From the IMG/VR virus record IMGVR_UViG_3300002835_000001, positions 160,001 to 224,000 of that record: 64,000 bases of DNA. One strand, 5' to 3'. Of the stretch, positions 40,655-50,903 are shown in pieces. Numbering within the stretch: the first letter of the stretch is position 1; each line of letters begins with the position of its first letter. The notes under the pieces are model-generated. The model searched no databases, was not told the origin of the DNA, and saw only the letters and a list, made by a program, of their open reading frames with translations. The position numbers and the translations under genes were made by a program. Origin of the DNA: a virus (Duplodnaviria > Caudoviricetes).

Positions 40655-41886
40655 TATAGGTAAGTCACACCAATTCTAGAACCAACAACGGGTGTACCTA
40701 ATAAAACAATATCTTGTGAACCTGAAACATCAAATCCAGAACCTTCCTCTTCTTGTAGACCATTTATATCTAAACTGACAATACTACTAATATTGTTATA
40801 TGTGTGAAAAGTTAATGTACTACCATCATATTGGAAATACTCCGTAGTAACTTGTATTAATTTACCATAATTATCTATAATAACATTGTTTCTACCCTTA
40901 TAGTACGAAATAACTATAGTACTACCTTCAAAAGGTGGTTGTACAAATGATATTTTAGATGTATATGAAATGTGGAAAAAATCGGCGTTTTTCTCTTGTA
41001 ATAGACCATTAATTGTAACACTAAACAATGTACCAATACTTTCACCAACACTAAATTGAGTTTGCATCCCGTCTCCAGTAAATGACATCACGGTTATATC
41101 AATAACCTTACTAACGTATTTTTTCCTACCTACACCCTCTTTTGCAAATTCATTCATTAAAAAGAAACGATTAATTGCGGGTTTTACCTCAAATTCATCA
41201 GAATCAATAAGGAAACCTAACATAGTAAATGTGTAGTTTTGAATGTAAAATCTCCTACCCTCCAACGTATCCATGGGAGTGTTATCTTCAATTTTATCTA
41301 ATATAAGTGGAATGTAATGTCCCTTAACTTGAGTATAATCTTGTCTTGATGAAAAATTTTGTAATACTATTTTACTAAATTTATTAACATCTCTAAATTT
41401 ATTACAAACAATCGTAACGTCATATGTTATATCAACAGGTACGGGTTGTGGTATTTTATATATATCCGCACCCATAGTGGTTCCGTTCCAAGTCGGTACG
41501 GAGGAGTAGTAAAATTGATGTCTATCGGGTATTGTTCTCTGAACCGATGGATTTGTTCCCGGTTGAACGTCGGGTTTTCTTACAATTGCAACAAATGGTA
41601 ATTCAATATTTCCGTCGTCGTTTGTAAATGTCCACGTTTGTGTAAATTCACCCCACCTTTGAACTGTTAATATTTTATCAATAATTGGTATCTTATTACC
41701 ATCGGACACAATTTGAAAATTTTTAGTTACGTAATCTAAAAATCCTTTATCTAAATCATCATGTAATATAGAGTCGGGAAGATATGTGTCAGATTTAGTA
41801 ATTTTATCTAACAATTCTTGTCTTCTTTCAGTCAGTTCTTTTTCTGTGTAAACAGATATATTGTTTTTTCTTTTAGGTATTCCCAT
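40651..41886 (-). CDS. Tail terminator/sheath stabiliser (T4 gp15-like) with two C-terminal beta-sandwich repeats
   Basis: IPQPVPVDITYDVTI..K, QNYTFTMLGFL. The C-terminus has two similar units (F.GDG..T.F...INGL.Q...GS.I...Y). Confidence 0.7.
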   Translation of the reverse strand: MGIPKRKNNISVYTEKELTERRQELLDKITKSDTYLPDSILHDDLDKGFLDYVTKNFQIVSDGNKIPIIDKILTVQRWGEFTQTWTFTNDDGNIELPFVAIVRKPDVQPGTNPSVQRTIPDRHQFYYSSVPTWNGTTMGADIYKIPQPVPVDITYDVTIVCNKFRDVNKFSKIVLQNFSSRQDYTQVKGHYIPLILDKIEDNTPMDTLEGRRFYIQNYTFTMLGFLIDSDEFEVKPAINRFFLMNEFAKEGVGRKKYVSKVIDITVMSFTGDGMQTQFSVGESIGTLFSVTINGLLQEKNADFFHISYTSKISFVQPPFEGSTIVISYYKGRNNVIIDNYGKLIQVTTEYFQYDGSTLTFHTYNNISSIVSLDINGLQEEEGSGFDVSGSQDIVLLGTPVVGSRIGVTYLY

Positions 41887-41887
41887 T

Positions 41888-42400
41888 TTATACTCCTCTA
41901 AATTGACTATCTTGTACTGGTGAACAAGTTATTGATTTATAATATGGTTTAAATCCAAACATATTATGTTTATTGTCCGAAGTTATTTTACCATCATTTA
42001 CCACTTGATAAAATCTAACTTTTAATTCAGATTCGGGATAACCAATATAATCACCATATCTTATATCTATTTTCATTTCTTCTAAATGTTTAATATAAAC
42101 AGATAAAATCATATTTCCCGGCTCAAGGTGCCTCAAAGTCCCATTTTTATATGAACTATTTTTTGGTTCCTCAATTTTAACCAATGCATTAAATTCAACA
42201 GGTGGAAAGAATTTTGTTTGGTCTATACCAACCTCAACATACACGTCATCAATTTGAGTCTTTTCTCTATCTACCCTATATAGAACTAATTTCATATTTA
42301 AATCCCCGTGAAGATATTCTTGACCCATTTGAATATTGAGGTCAAAATCATCTTGAGATAAGAATTTAGATAATCTGGTAATAGGTAACTTATTTTCCAT
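41888..42400 (-). CDS. Neck/head-closure protein (T4 gp14-like)
   Basis: KLVLYRVD..KT..DDVYVE, FFPPVE, DIRYGDYI; neighbours the gp15-like gene. Confidence 0.7.
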   Translation of the reverse strand: MENKLPITRLSKFLSQDDFDLNIQMGQEYLHGDLNMKLVLYRVDREKTQIDDVYVEVGIDQTKFFPPVEFNALVKIEEPKNSSYKNGTLRHLEPGNMILSVYIKHLEEMKIDIRYGDYIGYPESELKVRFYQVVNDGKITSDNKHNMFGFKPYYKSITCSPVQDSQFRGV

Positions 42401-42448
42401 ATCCTAATAAATAGTTTAATGTTACATTCTATTTACTTATATTTTAAT

Positions 42449-44200
42449 ATGGAAACTAAGATTCCCGAAATAGAGGCAAGAAACATTTTATTAACCTACG
42501 AAGGTTCAAACAACCAATTATTAGATTGGAAGAGAAAATTTGTTGAGGTAAAAAACTTCAAACTAACCCGTCCACAGGCGGAATATGTTCAAAAGTATTA
42601 TAATGTGTCCCCAAAGGTAGCAAGAAAATATATTAACATCGTTAATTCTTTTGGTGAAAAGATAATGGAAGAAAGGTTATTACCTAAACCTCCTGAAAAA
42701 ATATGGTGTGAAAAATTATTATGTGATTCTGAAAAAGCGTTTCATATATGGGGTAAAGTATTAGATAATGACCAATTATCTGCAATGTGGTTACCGAAAG
42801 CCGCAGTGATGCAAGAAGAGAAAAAACTTAATCGAATTATTGATTATAGTAATTACGATACAAGACCTCCCATGGAACACCAGAAGGTTGCCATTGAGAA
42901 GTTATTAGCAAACGATAAGTTTATACTTGCCGATGATATGGGTCTTGGTAAAACGACCTCAGCGGTTATTGCATCTATGGAAAGCGGAGCTAAGAAAGTT
43001 CTTATTGTTTGCCCCGCATCTTTAAAGATAAATTGGGATAGAGAAATTAAAAACTATTCTAACAGAAAAGTGTTAATTGTTGAGGGTCGTAAATGGGGTT
43101 CTACATTTGACTATTATATTATAAACTATGATATTATTAAAAATTACCACTCAACAGATAAGTCTGAAGATAGTGACGACTATAAATTATTGGTTAATGC
43201 CGGTTTTGATTTGGCAATCGTAGATGAGGCACATTATATTTCAAATGCAACGGCAAATAGAACTCGTTTATTAAATGATGTACTTGAACAAATCCCAAAA
43301 GTTTGGTTACTAACGGGTACACCAATGACATCAAGACCTATTAACTATTTTAACTTATTAAAAATTGTTGAATCCCCATTGACATTAAATTGGCAATCTT
43401 ATGTTCGTAGATATTGTAAAGGATATCAATTCAACGTTGGTAATCGTAAAGTGTGGAATACAAGTGGTGCAAGTAATTTAGATGAGTTAAGAGAAAGAAC
43501 TAAGAATATAGTACTTCGTAGAATGAAAACCGACATTCTTGATTTACCCGAAAAAATTGTTACTCCTGTTTTTGTTGAGTTAACAAGTAAAATGTACGAT
43601 GAGGAATTAGAAGAATTCACACGTATTAGTAATGATAAGAAAGATGATGAAACAATCACCGTTACATTAAATCGTTTAATGAGGATTAGACAACTTATTG
43701 CATATGAAAAAATTCCTTACACTTGTGAATTAATTGATAAGTGTTTAGAACAAGGAAAGAAAGTAATTGTATTCACTAATTTTACAATGTCATTAGATAT
43801 GTTACATGAGAAATATAAAAAGAACTCCGTAACTCTTGATGGTCGTATGAATAAAGATAAACGACAAGAAAATGTTGATAGATTTCAAAATGAAGATAAA
43901 ATAAAAGTATTCATTGGTAACATTAAAGCGGCTGGAGTTGGTATTACGTTAACAGCTGCTGAGGTTGTTATTATGAACGACTTATCATTTGTACCGGCCG
44001 ACCATTCACAAGGTGAAGACCGAGCATATAGATATGGACAAAAAAATAGTGTTCTTGTTTATTACCCCGTATTTGAGAACACCGTTGAAAAAATCATCTA
44101 TAATATTCTACAAAGGAAAAAAGGAGTAATTGACCAAGTTATGGGTGATGGTGAATATTCAGAATCTTTTAGTAAAGACTTACTTAAACAACTCCTTTAA
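42449..44200 (+). CDS. SNF2-family (SF2) helicase/annealing ATPase
   Basis: LADDMGLGKT, VDEAH, LLTGTP, GVGITLT and QGEDRAYRYGQ. Probable ATG at 42449. Confidence 0.92.
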   Translation: METKIPEIEARNILLTYEGSNNQLLDWKRKFVEVKNFKLTRPQAEYVQKYYNVSPKVARKYINIVNSFGEKIMEERLLPKPPEKIWCEKLLCDSEKAFHIWGKVLDNDQLSAMWLPKAAVMQEEKKLNRIIDYSNYDTRPPMEHQKVAIEKLLANDKFILADDMGLGKTTSAVIASMESGAKKVLIVCPASLKINWDREIKNYSNRKVLIVEGRKWGSTFDYYIINYDIIKNYHSTDKSEDSDDYKLLVNAGFDLAIVDEAHYISNATANRTRLLNDVLEQIPKVWLLTGTPMTSRPINYFNLLKIVESPLTLNWQSYVRRYCKGYQFNVGNRKVWNTSGASNLDELRERTKNIVLRRMKTDILDLPEKIVTPVFVELTSKMYDEELEEFTRISNDKKDDETITVTLNRLMRIRQLIAYEKIPYTCELIDKCLEQGKKVIVFTNFTMSLDMLHEKYKKNSVTLDGRMNKDKRQENVDRFQNEDKIKVFIGNIKAAGVGITLTAAEVVIMNDLSFVPADHSQGEDRAYRYGQKNSVLVYYPVFENTVEKIIYNILQRKKGVIDQVMGDGEYSESFSKDLLKQLL

Positions 44201-44386
44201 CTCCTCAATTTTTGAGGTTAGTAAATCGTTAAGTTCTTTATCTTCCACATTCGGAAGGTTAACCACAATTTTTTTTTCGGGTTCTACCGAATAATCGATA
44301 TAATTTTTATCACCTTCTTTTTGGTATGTGAATATGAAATCATTAATACCACAAATTCTAAATAGTTCGTTTAATTTATCGTTCAT
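44180..44386 (-). CDS. Small hypothetical protein
   Basis: 68-aa ORF with typical codon usage filling the gap between SNF2 and gp13. Confidence 0.55.
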   Translation of the reverse strand: MNDKLNELFRICGINDFIFTYQKEGDKNYIDYSVEPEKKIVVNLPNVEDKELNDLLTSKIEELKELFK

Positions 44387-44424
44387 AACTTAAATATAAA
44401 CTATTTATAAGAATAAAACAAAAT

Positions 44425-45543
44425 ATGGCGACTATTATTTCACAACCCGAAAAGGACAAATTATATACTCAGGTATTTCACCTATTAGGTATGCCTGTTC
44501 GTGGTATTGAGCTTACTGAAGAACAAATGGACACGTTCCTTGAACTTTCATTATCAGAATATGAACAATATGTATCTGATTGGTTAATAGAATCTCAATG
44601 GTCGGCATTGGCTGGATTAGACGTAGATACACAATCTTTAACTAACGCCTTTACAACTCGAAGTTTAGATTACGAAACTCAATATAGTCACTCATATTCT
44701 AAAATTGTGGGTTTACAGGCAGGTGGTGATAGTGAACTTAAGAAAGATTTCATAACATTAACAGGTGGAACACAAATGTACGAAGTACCTGCTGGACGTG
44801 AAATAAATGAACTATTATGGTTTACAAGATCAGAAATGACGGATACAATTGTTGACCCGTTTGCTGCTGGATTTGGTGGATTAGGTGGTGTCGGGTTTGG
44901 TGGGTTTGGTGGTTTTGCACAAATGGGTGCGTCAGGTGGTTCATATTTTATGATGCCGGCGTTTGATTTATTATTAAGAATGCAAGATAGAAGTCTTAAA
45001 AATAGATTAATTGGTGGTGACTTAACATACAGAATAACTGCAGGTCCTGATGGAAAAAAATATATTCATCTTTATAATGTACCTGGCGGTAGATTTGACT
45101 TTGGTGCAGTTTATAAAAATAACTATCAAGTTTGGTATTGGTACTATGATACCATGGATAGAGACACTTGTTTAGATAAAAACAAAGACGTTATTAAGTT
45201 ACCTTCAGACGTTATGACTGAAGAATTAACGTGGGATAAATTAAATAAACCTTCTCAGAATTGGATTAGAAAATATCTAATCGGTTATTCTAAAGAAGGT
45301 TTAGGTAGAATTTGGAGTAAATTTTCTGGAGACTTACAAGTTCCAGATAGTTCGGTTAAATTAGATTATAGTTCTTTACTTACCGAAGGTAAAGATGAAA
45401 GATTAAAGTTGGTTGAAGAATTAATGGCTCGATTAGAAAGACTCCGTCCCGATAAAATTCTTGAGAGAAAAGGTGCTGAGGCTGAAAATTTAAATAAAGC
45501 ACTTAAGTTCAGACCAATGCAGTCTCCATACAATATCATTTAA
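44425..45543 (+). CDS. Neck/head-tail adaptor protein (T4 gp13-like)
   Basis: LGMPVRGIELTEEQMD; WIRKY...KEGLGRIWSKF...KLD...L.EGKDE; TATTTATA upstream. Confidence 0.8.
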   Translation: MATIISQPEKDKLYTQVFHLLGMPVRGIELTEEQMDTFLELSLSEYEQYVSDWLIESQWSALAGLDVDTQSLTNAFTTRSLDYETQYSHSYSKIVGLQAGGDSELKKDFITLTGGTQMYEVPAGREINELLWFTRSEMTDTIVDPFAAGFGGLGGVGFGGFGGFAQMGASGGSYFMMPAFDLLLRMQDRSLKNRLIGGDLTYRITAGPDGKKYIHLYNVPGGRFDFGAVYKNNYQVWYWYYDTMDRDTCLDKNKDVIKLPSDVMTEELTWDKLNKPSQNWIRKYLIGYSKEGLGRIWSKFSGDLQVPDSSVKLDYSSLLTEGKDERLKLVEELMARLERLRPDKILERKGAEAENLNKALKFRPMQSPYNII

Positions 45544-48437
45544 CTTTCGGTTACGTGTAAAATTAAATCACCATTATCGTTACCGATAATTTCGTCTTCA
45601 TTACTTACAGTACTTGCAGCTTGTAATTGTAGAACCTTTCTGTTGTGGTCAACCCAATATTGGTCAACAAGTTCAAGACTATTTTCAACATACATAAAGA
45701 ATGGGTCACGACCAACCTTATTCCAAAATACAACCTCACTATCGGAAAGAGTCATAACCTCGTCAAATTTATCTTGACCACTTTCCTTCAATGGATAACC
45801 ATTAACTAACTCACATTGATTTCTTGTAAAGTATTGTCTATCTTTTGGATCCTCAATTAAAATATCTTCTCTAATCTCAGGTTTAAATGCAACTAATAGA
45901 GGTTCAACACGTTTATTAAAATTGTTTAAATAACGAGCAACATTATAATCACCTAATAAGTTTGGATTATCTGTAATTTCTTTTTCAGGAATCATATAAC
46001 AACTCACCTCAATATAACCATCAGGCATTGGGTATCCATGTTTCGCGGTAAACTCTTCTTGTTGTTTCTTTGTTGGTTTAGTTACCTTCTGTACATCACC
46101 CGATGATTTCTTAGTTCCATTATTAACATAGAAAATTGTATCACCTAAACCTGCGGGATAATCATTCTGTAAAATTAATTCCATGTGCGCTTGTCTAGAC
46201 ATTAGTGAACCAGACTTTGTAGTTTTCTGAATGTGTTTTTTATAATCACTAACTGATTGTTTAACACGAGCCTTGTTTGCAATTTTAGCTAATGGAATTT
46301 CTTTATTATAAATCTTATCCACATAATTGTAGTATAGTTCTACAAAAGAATGACCATCACCATTTAACAAATACTTTAAACCTTCATCTAAGAACTCAAC
46401 AACATATGTTTGTAATTTTTTAGACTTAATAGTGTTACCCGTTAATTTAATTTTCTCTTTACCTTTCTTAATTAACTTAATGATATAATTTTTACGTGAA
46501 ACATTAATACAAGCAGGTGCAGTATAATCAATATCAAGACCCATTTCATTTCTCATAAAAATATCATTAAATTCCGCAGTGTGAGCTTCAATACCTTTAT
46601 ATTCTTTACCTTCCTTAACAAGTTCATTAAGACCCTTACCAATATACACAGCTTCTAATGCACTATCGGGTGTTTCAAAGTTTACACCATCAGTATCCAT
46701 TACAAGAGGTTTATAACCTTTCTGCATATAGAACATAATCATCATACGAAGACATTGACGACCAATACAGGTAATCGTTTCACCTGAATCCATTTCACCC
46801 CACGGGAATACATGTGGTGCAGATAATGAACCAAAATATGCGTTAATAAAAATCTTAATCGGTAATTGTTTACGATCATACATTTCTGAAGCAACGGGAT
46901 CACTATCTTTTAATTCACCGGCAAGATGTTTATATTTGATACGAATATTTCTAAAGTATTTTAACATTGATTTTTGCACACCCATAACATCACAATCAGG
47001 GAACACATCATATACTAATTGAATTGATGGATATAGTGATGAGTAGTCAAACTTTACAATATTCTTTGCAAACCCCACATTTAATAAACGTGATAATCCA
47101 CCAGTAAATGGTCTTTTCTCATCCTTAGCGGGTATTGCTAAATTATTTTCATATGACCACGCCAACATGATAATTTTCCATAATGTGGCGGTTCCCATTG
47201 TGGCAATTCTTTCATACGTTGTTGGTACTAATTTAGAAAGTAAAAATGTTGATTGTGAAAATGAATCATCAACAACCATTGTCTCATACAAGTCATCGTC
47301 AAGATATTGTTCTACAATTTTTCTACCTGGCCATATTTCAAACTTACCGGGGAACCTCTCCATTAATCTATCGGTACCTGTATCACCAATCTTTTTGTAA
47401 CCACCTGTCTTAGGGTTTACGTAATAACTTTCATTATCTAAATAAATTTTAGATATTTGATTACCCTCAACATACACACGATTCGGTTTTTCTTTCTCCA
47501 AATATGTTGTGATATATTTCAATCCCCACGATTTAATTTCGGAGTTAATCGCCTGAGCTCTACGAACAGAGTGTGCAATATCAATAATATTAAAACCCCA
47601 AATAACGTGCTGAGTGTAATCCTCAATTTCATTTGCAAGTTTTAACATTCCCTTTTTTTCTTTCATTCCTGTACTTGTGAATATTTGAGTTAACCCATTA
47701 ATATCAACACCAAGAATTTGTGCACGTTTTAAAATAAACGGCCAGTCAAAGAAAGCGGAGTTATAACCAGCAACAATCGTTGGTTTTAAATCTTTAATAT
47801 ATTGTAAAAATCTCTCAATACATTTCTTTTCACCATCTTCACCAAATGCGGGAATTGTTTCTTGTAGACCACGATTATCCTTAACCCCAATCAAAATGAT
47901 TTTACAAGTTTCAGGATCTAAACCCGTGGTCTCAATATCAAATACAAATCGATAAACATCACCATAATCTTCTATTCCCTTAAACAATCGTTTTCTTGTT
48001 TGAACAAGATATTGTTCAACAGGAGATAAAATGGTAAAATGTTTTCTTACTTCTTCTCCCCATGGGTCAAGTCCACCAGTTTTAAAAAAATTGATTAAAT
48101 CGGTGTAACTCTTAATACTTTTAACTAAGAATTTCATACCACCCTCCAAACGACTATTACCATGAGTTTCTAACTTTTCAATGATAATCCCGTACTTACC
48201 CATCATTTGTTTTTGAGTTGATTTGGAGTTACCATAAAAATTAAGATTAGATAAGTCTCCGACCCATAAAAATGGTACGAACGAATCTGTTTTAACAATT
48301 TTACCCTTTATTGGGTCCTGAATAATTTTGGATATTGAGTTGGAGGGATAGTCATATTCGACACCTACGATGTATTTCTCATCGTCTCCCCCATTTAGAA
48401 AGTTTTCGATAACTTCCTGAGAGATAACTTCTTTCAT
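45540..48437 (-). CDS. DNA polymerase family B with 3'-5' exonuclease
   Basis: Exo I DIETTG, Exo II YNSAFFD, motif A DYSSLYPS, motif B KIFINAYFG, motif C MDTDG. Confidence 0.93.
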   Translation of the reverse strand: MKEVISQEVIENFLNGGDDEKYIVGVEYDYPSNSISKIIQDPIKGKIVKTDSFVPFLWVGDLSNLNFYGNSKSTQKQMMGKYGIIIEKLETHGNSRLEGGMKFLVKSIKSYTDLINFFKTGGLDPWGEEVRKHFTILSPVEQYLVQTRKRLFKGIEDYGDVYRFVFDIETTGLDPETCKIILIGVKDNRGLQETIPAFGEDGEKKCIERFLQYIKDLKPTIVAGYNSAFFDWPFILKRAQILGVDINGLTQIFTSTGMKEKKGMLKLANEIEDYTQHVIWGFNIIDIAHSVRRAQAINSEIKSWGLKYITTYLEKEKPNRVYVEGNQISKIYLDNESYYVNPKTGGYKKIGDTGTDRLMERFPGKFEIWPGRKIVEQYLDDDLYETMVVDDSFSQSTFLLSKLVPTTYERIATMGTATLWKIIMLAWSYENNLAIPAKDEKRPFTGGLSRLLNVGFAKNIVKFDYSSLYPSIQLVYDVFPDCDVMGVQKSMLKYFRNIRIKYKHLAGELKDSDPVASEMYDRKQLPIKIFINAYFGSLSAPHVFPWGEMDSGETITCIGRQCLRMMIMFYMQKGYKPLVMDTDGVNFETPDSALEAVYIGKGLNELVKEGKEYKGIEAHTAEFNDIFMRNEMGLDIDYTAPACINVSRKNYIIKLIKKGKEKIKLTGNTIKSKKLQTYVVEFLDEGLKYLLNGDGHSFVELYYNYVDKIYNKEIPLAKIANKARVKQSVSDYKKHIQKTTKSGSLMSRQAHMELILQNDYPAGLGDTIFYVNNGTKKSSGDVQKVTKPTKKQQEEFTAKHGYPMPDGYIEVSCYMIPEKEITDNPNLLGDYNVARYLNNFNKRVEPLLVAFKPEIREDILIEDPKDRQYFTRNQCELVNGYPLKESGQDKFDEVMTLSDSEVVFWNKVGRDPFFMYVENSLELVDQYWVDHNRKVLQLQAASTVSNEDEIIGNDNGDLILHVTES

Positions 48438-48500
48438 GTTTTATATTTTTTAAATGTGACGTATTAGCTTACCATTAAATGGTAGTTTGTCTTAACATTA

Positions 48501-48532
48501 CAAATATAAACAAAAAGTCTTAATTTAAGAAA
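48501..48532 (-). promoter_or_regulatory. Host-sigma (Bacteroidota-type) early promoter for the DNA polymerase
   Basis: TTTC-N20-TATATTTG on the minus strand; TATATTTG matches the Bacteroidota -7 element TAnnTTTG. Confidence 0.5.
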
Positions 48533-48893
48533 TATTAATAAATAATTTCTCTTTTACAGGTAAAATGAGTTTGTTTGTTGGGTTTCCGTCAGTATCCTTG
48601 AATTGAACTATGACCTTTCCTTCGTATTTACCTGAATTTAACGTATGTTCTTCTGTGAACCTATGTGTTATATAATATTCGTCTGTGGTTTGGTTATATA
48701 ATTTTATTCTTGTGGTAACGTAACATGTGGAATCTAAAATGATTGGAGTATCTGTTTTAATGTCAGACATCTCAAATGTAATATCTGCATTTTCTAATAA
48801 ATCATTAAATGAGGATTTATCGTTTTTACCATCATCAATCAGTCTCATTTTTAATATTGGGTCAGACGCCCCTTGTCTTATAAAGAATTCCAT
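48525..48893 (-). CDS. BppU-N-like Ig-fold virion protein
   Basis: FFIRQGASDPILKMRL...ADITFEM...GKYEGKVIVQF...LILP; late motif 4 nt upstream. Confidence 0.55.
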   Translation of the reverse strand: MEFFIRQGASDPILKMRLIDDGKNDKSSFNDLLENADITFEMSDIKTDTPIILDSTCYVTTRIKLYNQTTDEYYITHRFTEEHTLNSGKYEGKVIVQFKDTDGNPTNKLILPVKEKLFINIS

Positions 48894-48942
48894 ATGTTAT
48901 AAATAGTTTTATAATTCGAATATATTAATTGTATCTCTCATA

Positions 48943-50850
48943 CTACGGTGTTGGGCAAATATATATTTCATTTATTTGTCCAGAAACATAACCATTAACC
49001 GGAGGACTATATGTACTGGTGAATTTAAATGACCTTATCGCCGGAACACCTAAAGTATCGGATAAATAAATATAATTTCCACCAGATGGCCAACCCAAAG
49101 TATATGTTGATGATCCAATTGATTTTTCATATACATAATCACCAAGGTTAGGTAGTGTACCACTTCCCAAGAAATATAATTCACTATTATTCATATATTC
49201 TATTGTTGTGTTTCCACAATAAGCATCTTGAGGGGAGCTGTTAATATTATATGCCGCATATACTCTTTTATATGTTGGTACCGGTGTACTAGTTGGACTA
49301 CTTGTAGGAGTGGGTGTTGGGGTTGAAGTAGATGTACTAGTTGGTATAGGTGTTGATGTTGGTGGTAATGGAGTACTAGTATTTGTAGGTGTTGATGTTG
49401 GTGGTAATGGAGTACTAGTATTTGTAGGTGTTGGGGTTGGAGTGGATGACCCCGTAGGTGTTGGAGTAGGTAGTGCAGATAAACTATCCACACACTTAAC
49501 CCCACACTCAACGATTTCAAAATTTGGTTTTATCTCAGTTAGATAGTGATGTCTAACTCTTGGGAAATTTAATGGCTCCTCAAAATATTTAATTGATTTG
49601 ATATTAAAACATGAAACACCTGAATGAATTCCACTCATTAATCCAGTTCCACCACCCCAAGATTGAATAAACGGTTGAGTTCCTCTCTTTGAAGGTATAA
49701 TTTCCTCCCAATTTTCTAACTTATATATTGGTCTACCGTTTAAGTATATCTTCAAAGTCCCCAACCTCCTTTGTCTTTCATTCGCCCATTTCTTATTTAA
49801 AACTTCAGAATTATTTAAAAGAGCTAATTGTGTTGATGTTACTGCAGTCACTTCTATGTTTTGATACGGACTCACAATAAATTCTGGAATTAAATCATTC
49901 TGTCCCCCGTCATTTTCAAGATCACAATCCGTATAATGTTTATATCTATCAAAAACAATTGTAACATTAAAATTATTAGTTAACCCCGTAGTACACAATG
50001 TTGGAGTTTGTCCACTTGAAATATAAAAAGATTCTCCATATGCCAAATCATTAACACATGCACCAGAATAATGTCTTGATATCCACTTAATTCTAGCATC
50101 TGATGTAAATTGAAAAGATAGGTTATTATCGGCGTAGTCGGTTAAATCATCGTCCCCTCTAACACCTAAATAATAAAAAACACTTCCCGATGACCACGGT
50201 AAAGAATTTCTATTAAATATGAAATCTAAAGTCCACCCATTTTCAGGTCTTCTTTTTAATTTAGGAGTACAATAATCAGTACCTAATCCCTCATTAAAAT
50301 CAAATGCCCATGGTTTTACATTTGTTTTTGGGGATTGAGCCGAGCATGCATTAAAATTTATAATATTTCTCCTACTTTTGTAGATGTCTGAAGTAAACCC
50401 CGAAATAAGGGCTGATTCTGTATAACCCGTTAAAATGTTAGATGTATATCCCGTTTGATTATATCCTAAAATTTTAAAATAATGAGTTCTTCCACTAATA
50501 AGTGTGAATTTAAATCTATTGCTATCTAAAATAGTATGTGTAAACCCTGTCCCAAAATATGATACAAAATTACTATACGGTAAAGTCATTGATAATCCAG
50601 AATAGGTATAAGAACTTAATAAGTCACTTATATTATCCTCCTCAAGGGTGATTCTATCTTTTGTGCAATCTAAATTATTTAAGTTATCATCTATTTTTAA
50701 TGAATCGTAGACTATGAGTGTACTCAAATCTAACGCATCTGCATCATAATCACCTTGGGTTTTACTCAACTCAAAATCATATAATTCGGAAGAATCTAAT
50801 TTTAATTCCAATCTTGACCCATAAAAATTTAAAATATTCTGTCTATTCAT
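48943..50850 (-). CDS. Virion protein with concanavalin A/LamG-like domain and PT linker
   Basis: WTLDFIF, TLKIYLNGRP, WGGGT, IKSIKYFEEPL, then (PT)n. Likely start MNRQN at 50850 because the late motif lies at 50856-50863. Confidence 0.6.
   Translation of the reverse strand: MNRQNILNFYGSRLELKLDSSELYDFELSKTQGDYDADALDLSTLIVYDSLKIDDNLNNLDCTKDRITLEEDNISDLLSSYTYSGLSMTLPYSNFVSYFGTGFTHTILDSNRFKFTLISGRTHYFKILGYNQTGYTSNILTGYTESALISGFTSDIYKSRRNIINFNACSAQSPKTNVKPWAFDFNEGLGTDYCTPKLKRRPENGWTLDFIFNRNSLPWSSGSVFYYLGVRGDDDLTDYADNNLSFQFTSDARIKWISRHYSGACVNDLAYGESFYISSGQTPTLCTTGLTNNFNVTIVFDRYKHYTDCDLENDGGQNDLIPEFIVSPYQNIEVTAVTSTQLALLNNSEVLNKKWANERQRRLGTLKIYLNGRPIYKLENWEEIIPSKRGTQPFIQSWGGGTGLMSGIHSGVSCFNIKSIKYFEEPLNFPRVRHHYLTEIKPNFEIVECGVKCVDSLSALPTPTPTGSSTPTPTPTNTSTPLPPTSTPTNTSTPLPPTSTPIPTSTSTSTPTPTPTSSPTSTPVPTYKRVYAAYNINSSPQDAYCGNTTIEYMNNSELYFLGSGTLPNLGDYVYEKSIGSSTYTLGWPSGGNYIYLSDTLGVPAIRSFKFTSTYSPPVNGYVSGQINEIYICPTP
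49349..49426. repeat. Perfect 39-nt tandem duplication within the PT linker
   Basis: ggtgttgatgttggtggtaatggagtactagtatttgta x2 (TNTSTPLPPTSTP). Confidence 0.9.
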
Positions 50851-50855
50851 GTTTC

Positions 50856-50888
50856 TATAAATATCTTTCATAAGATTTGATATTTATA
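50856..50888. promoter_or_regulatory. Back-to-back divergent late promoter motifs TATTTATA
   Basis: tataaata at 50856-50863 (minus-strand TATTTATA) and tatttata at 50881-50888 (plus), each facing a structural-type gene. Confidence 0.6.
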
Positions 50889-50903
50889 ATAAAACCGATT
50901 TAG

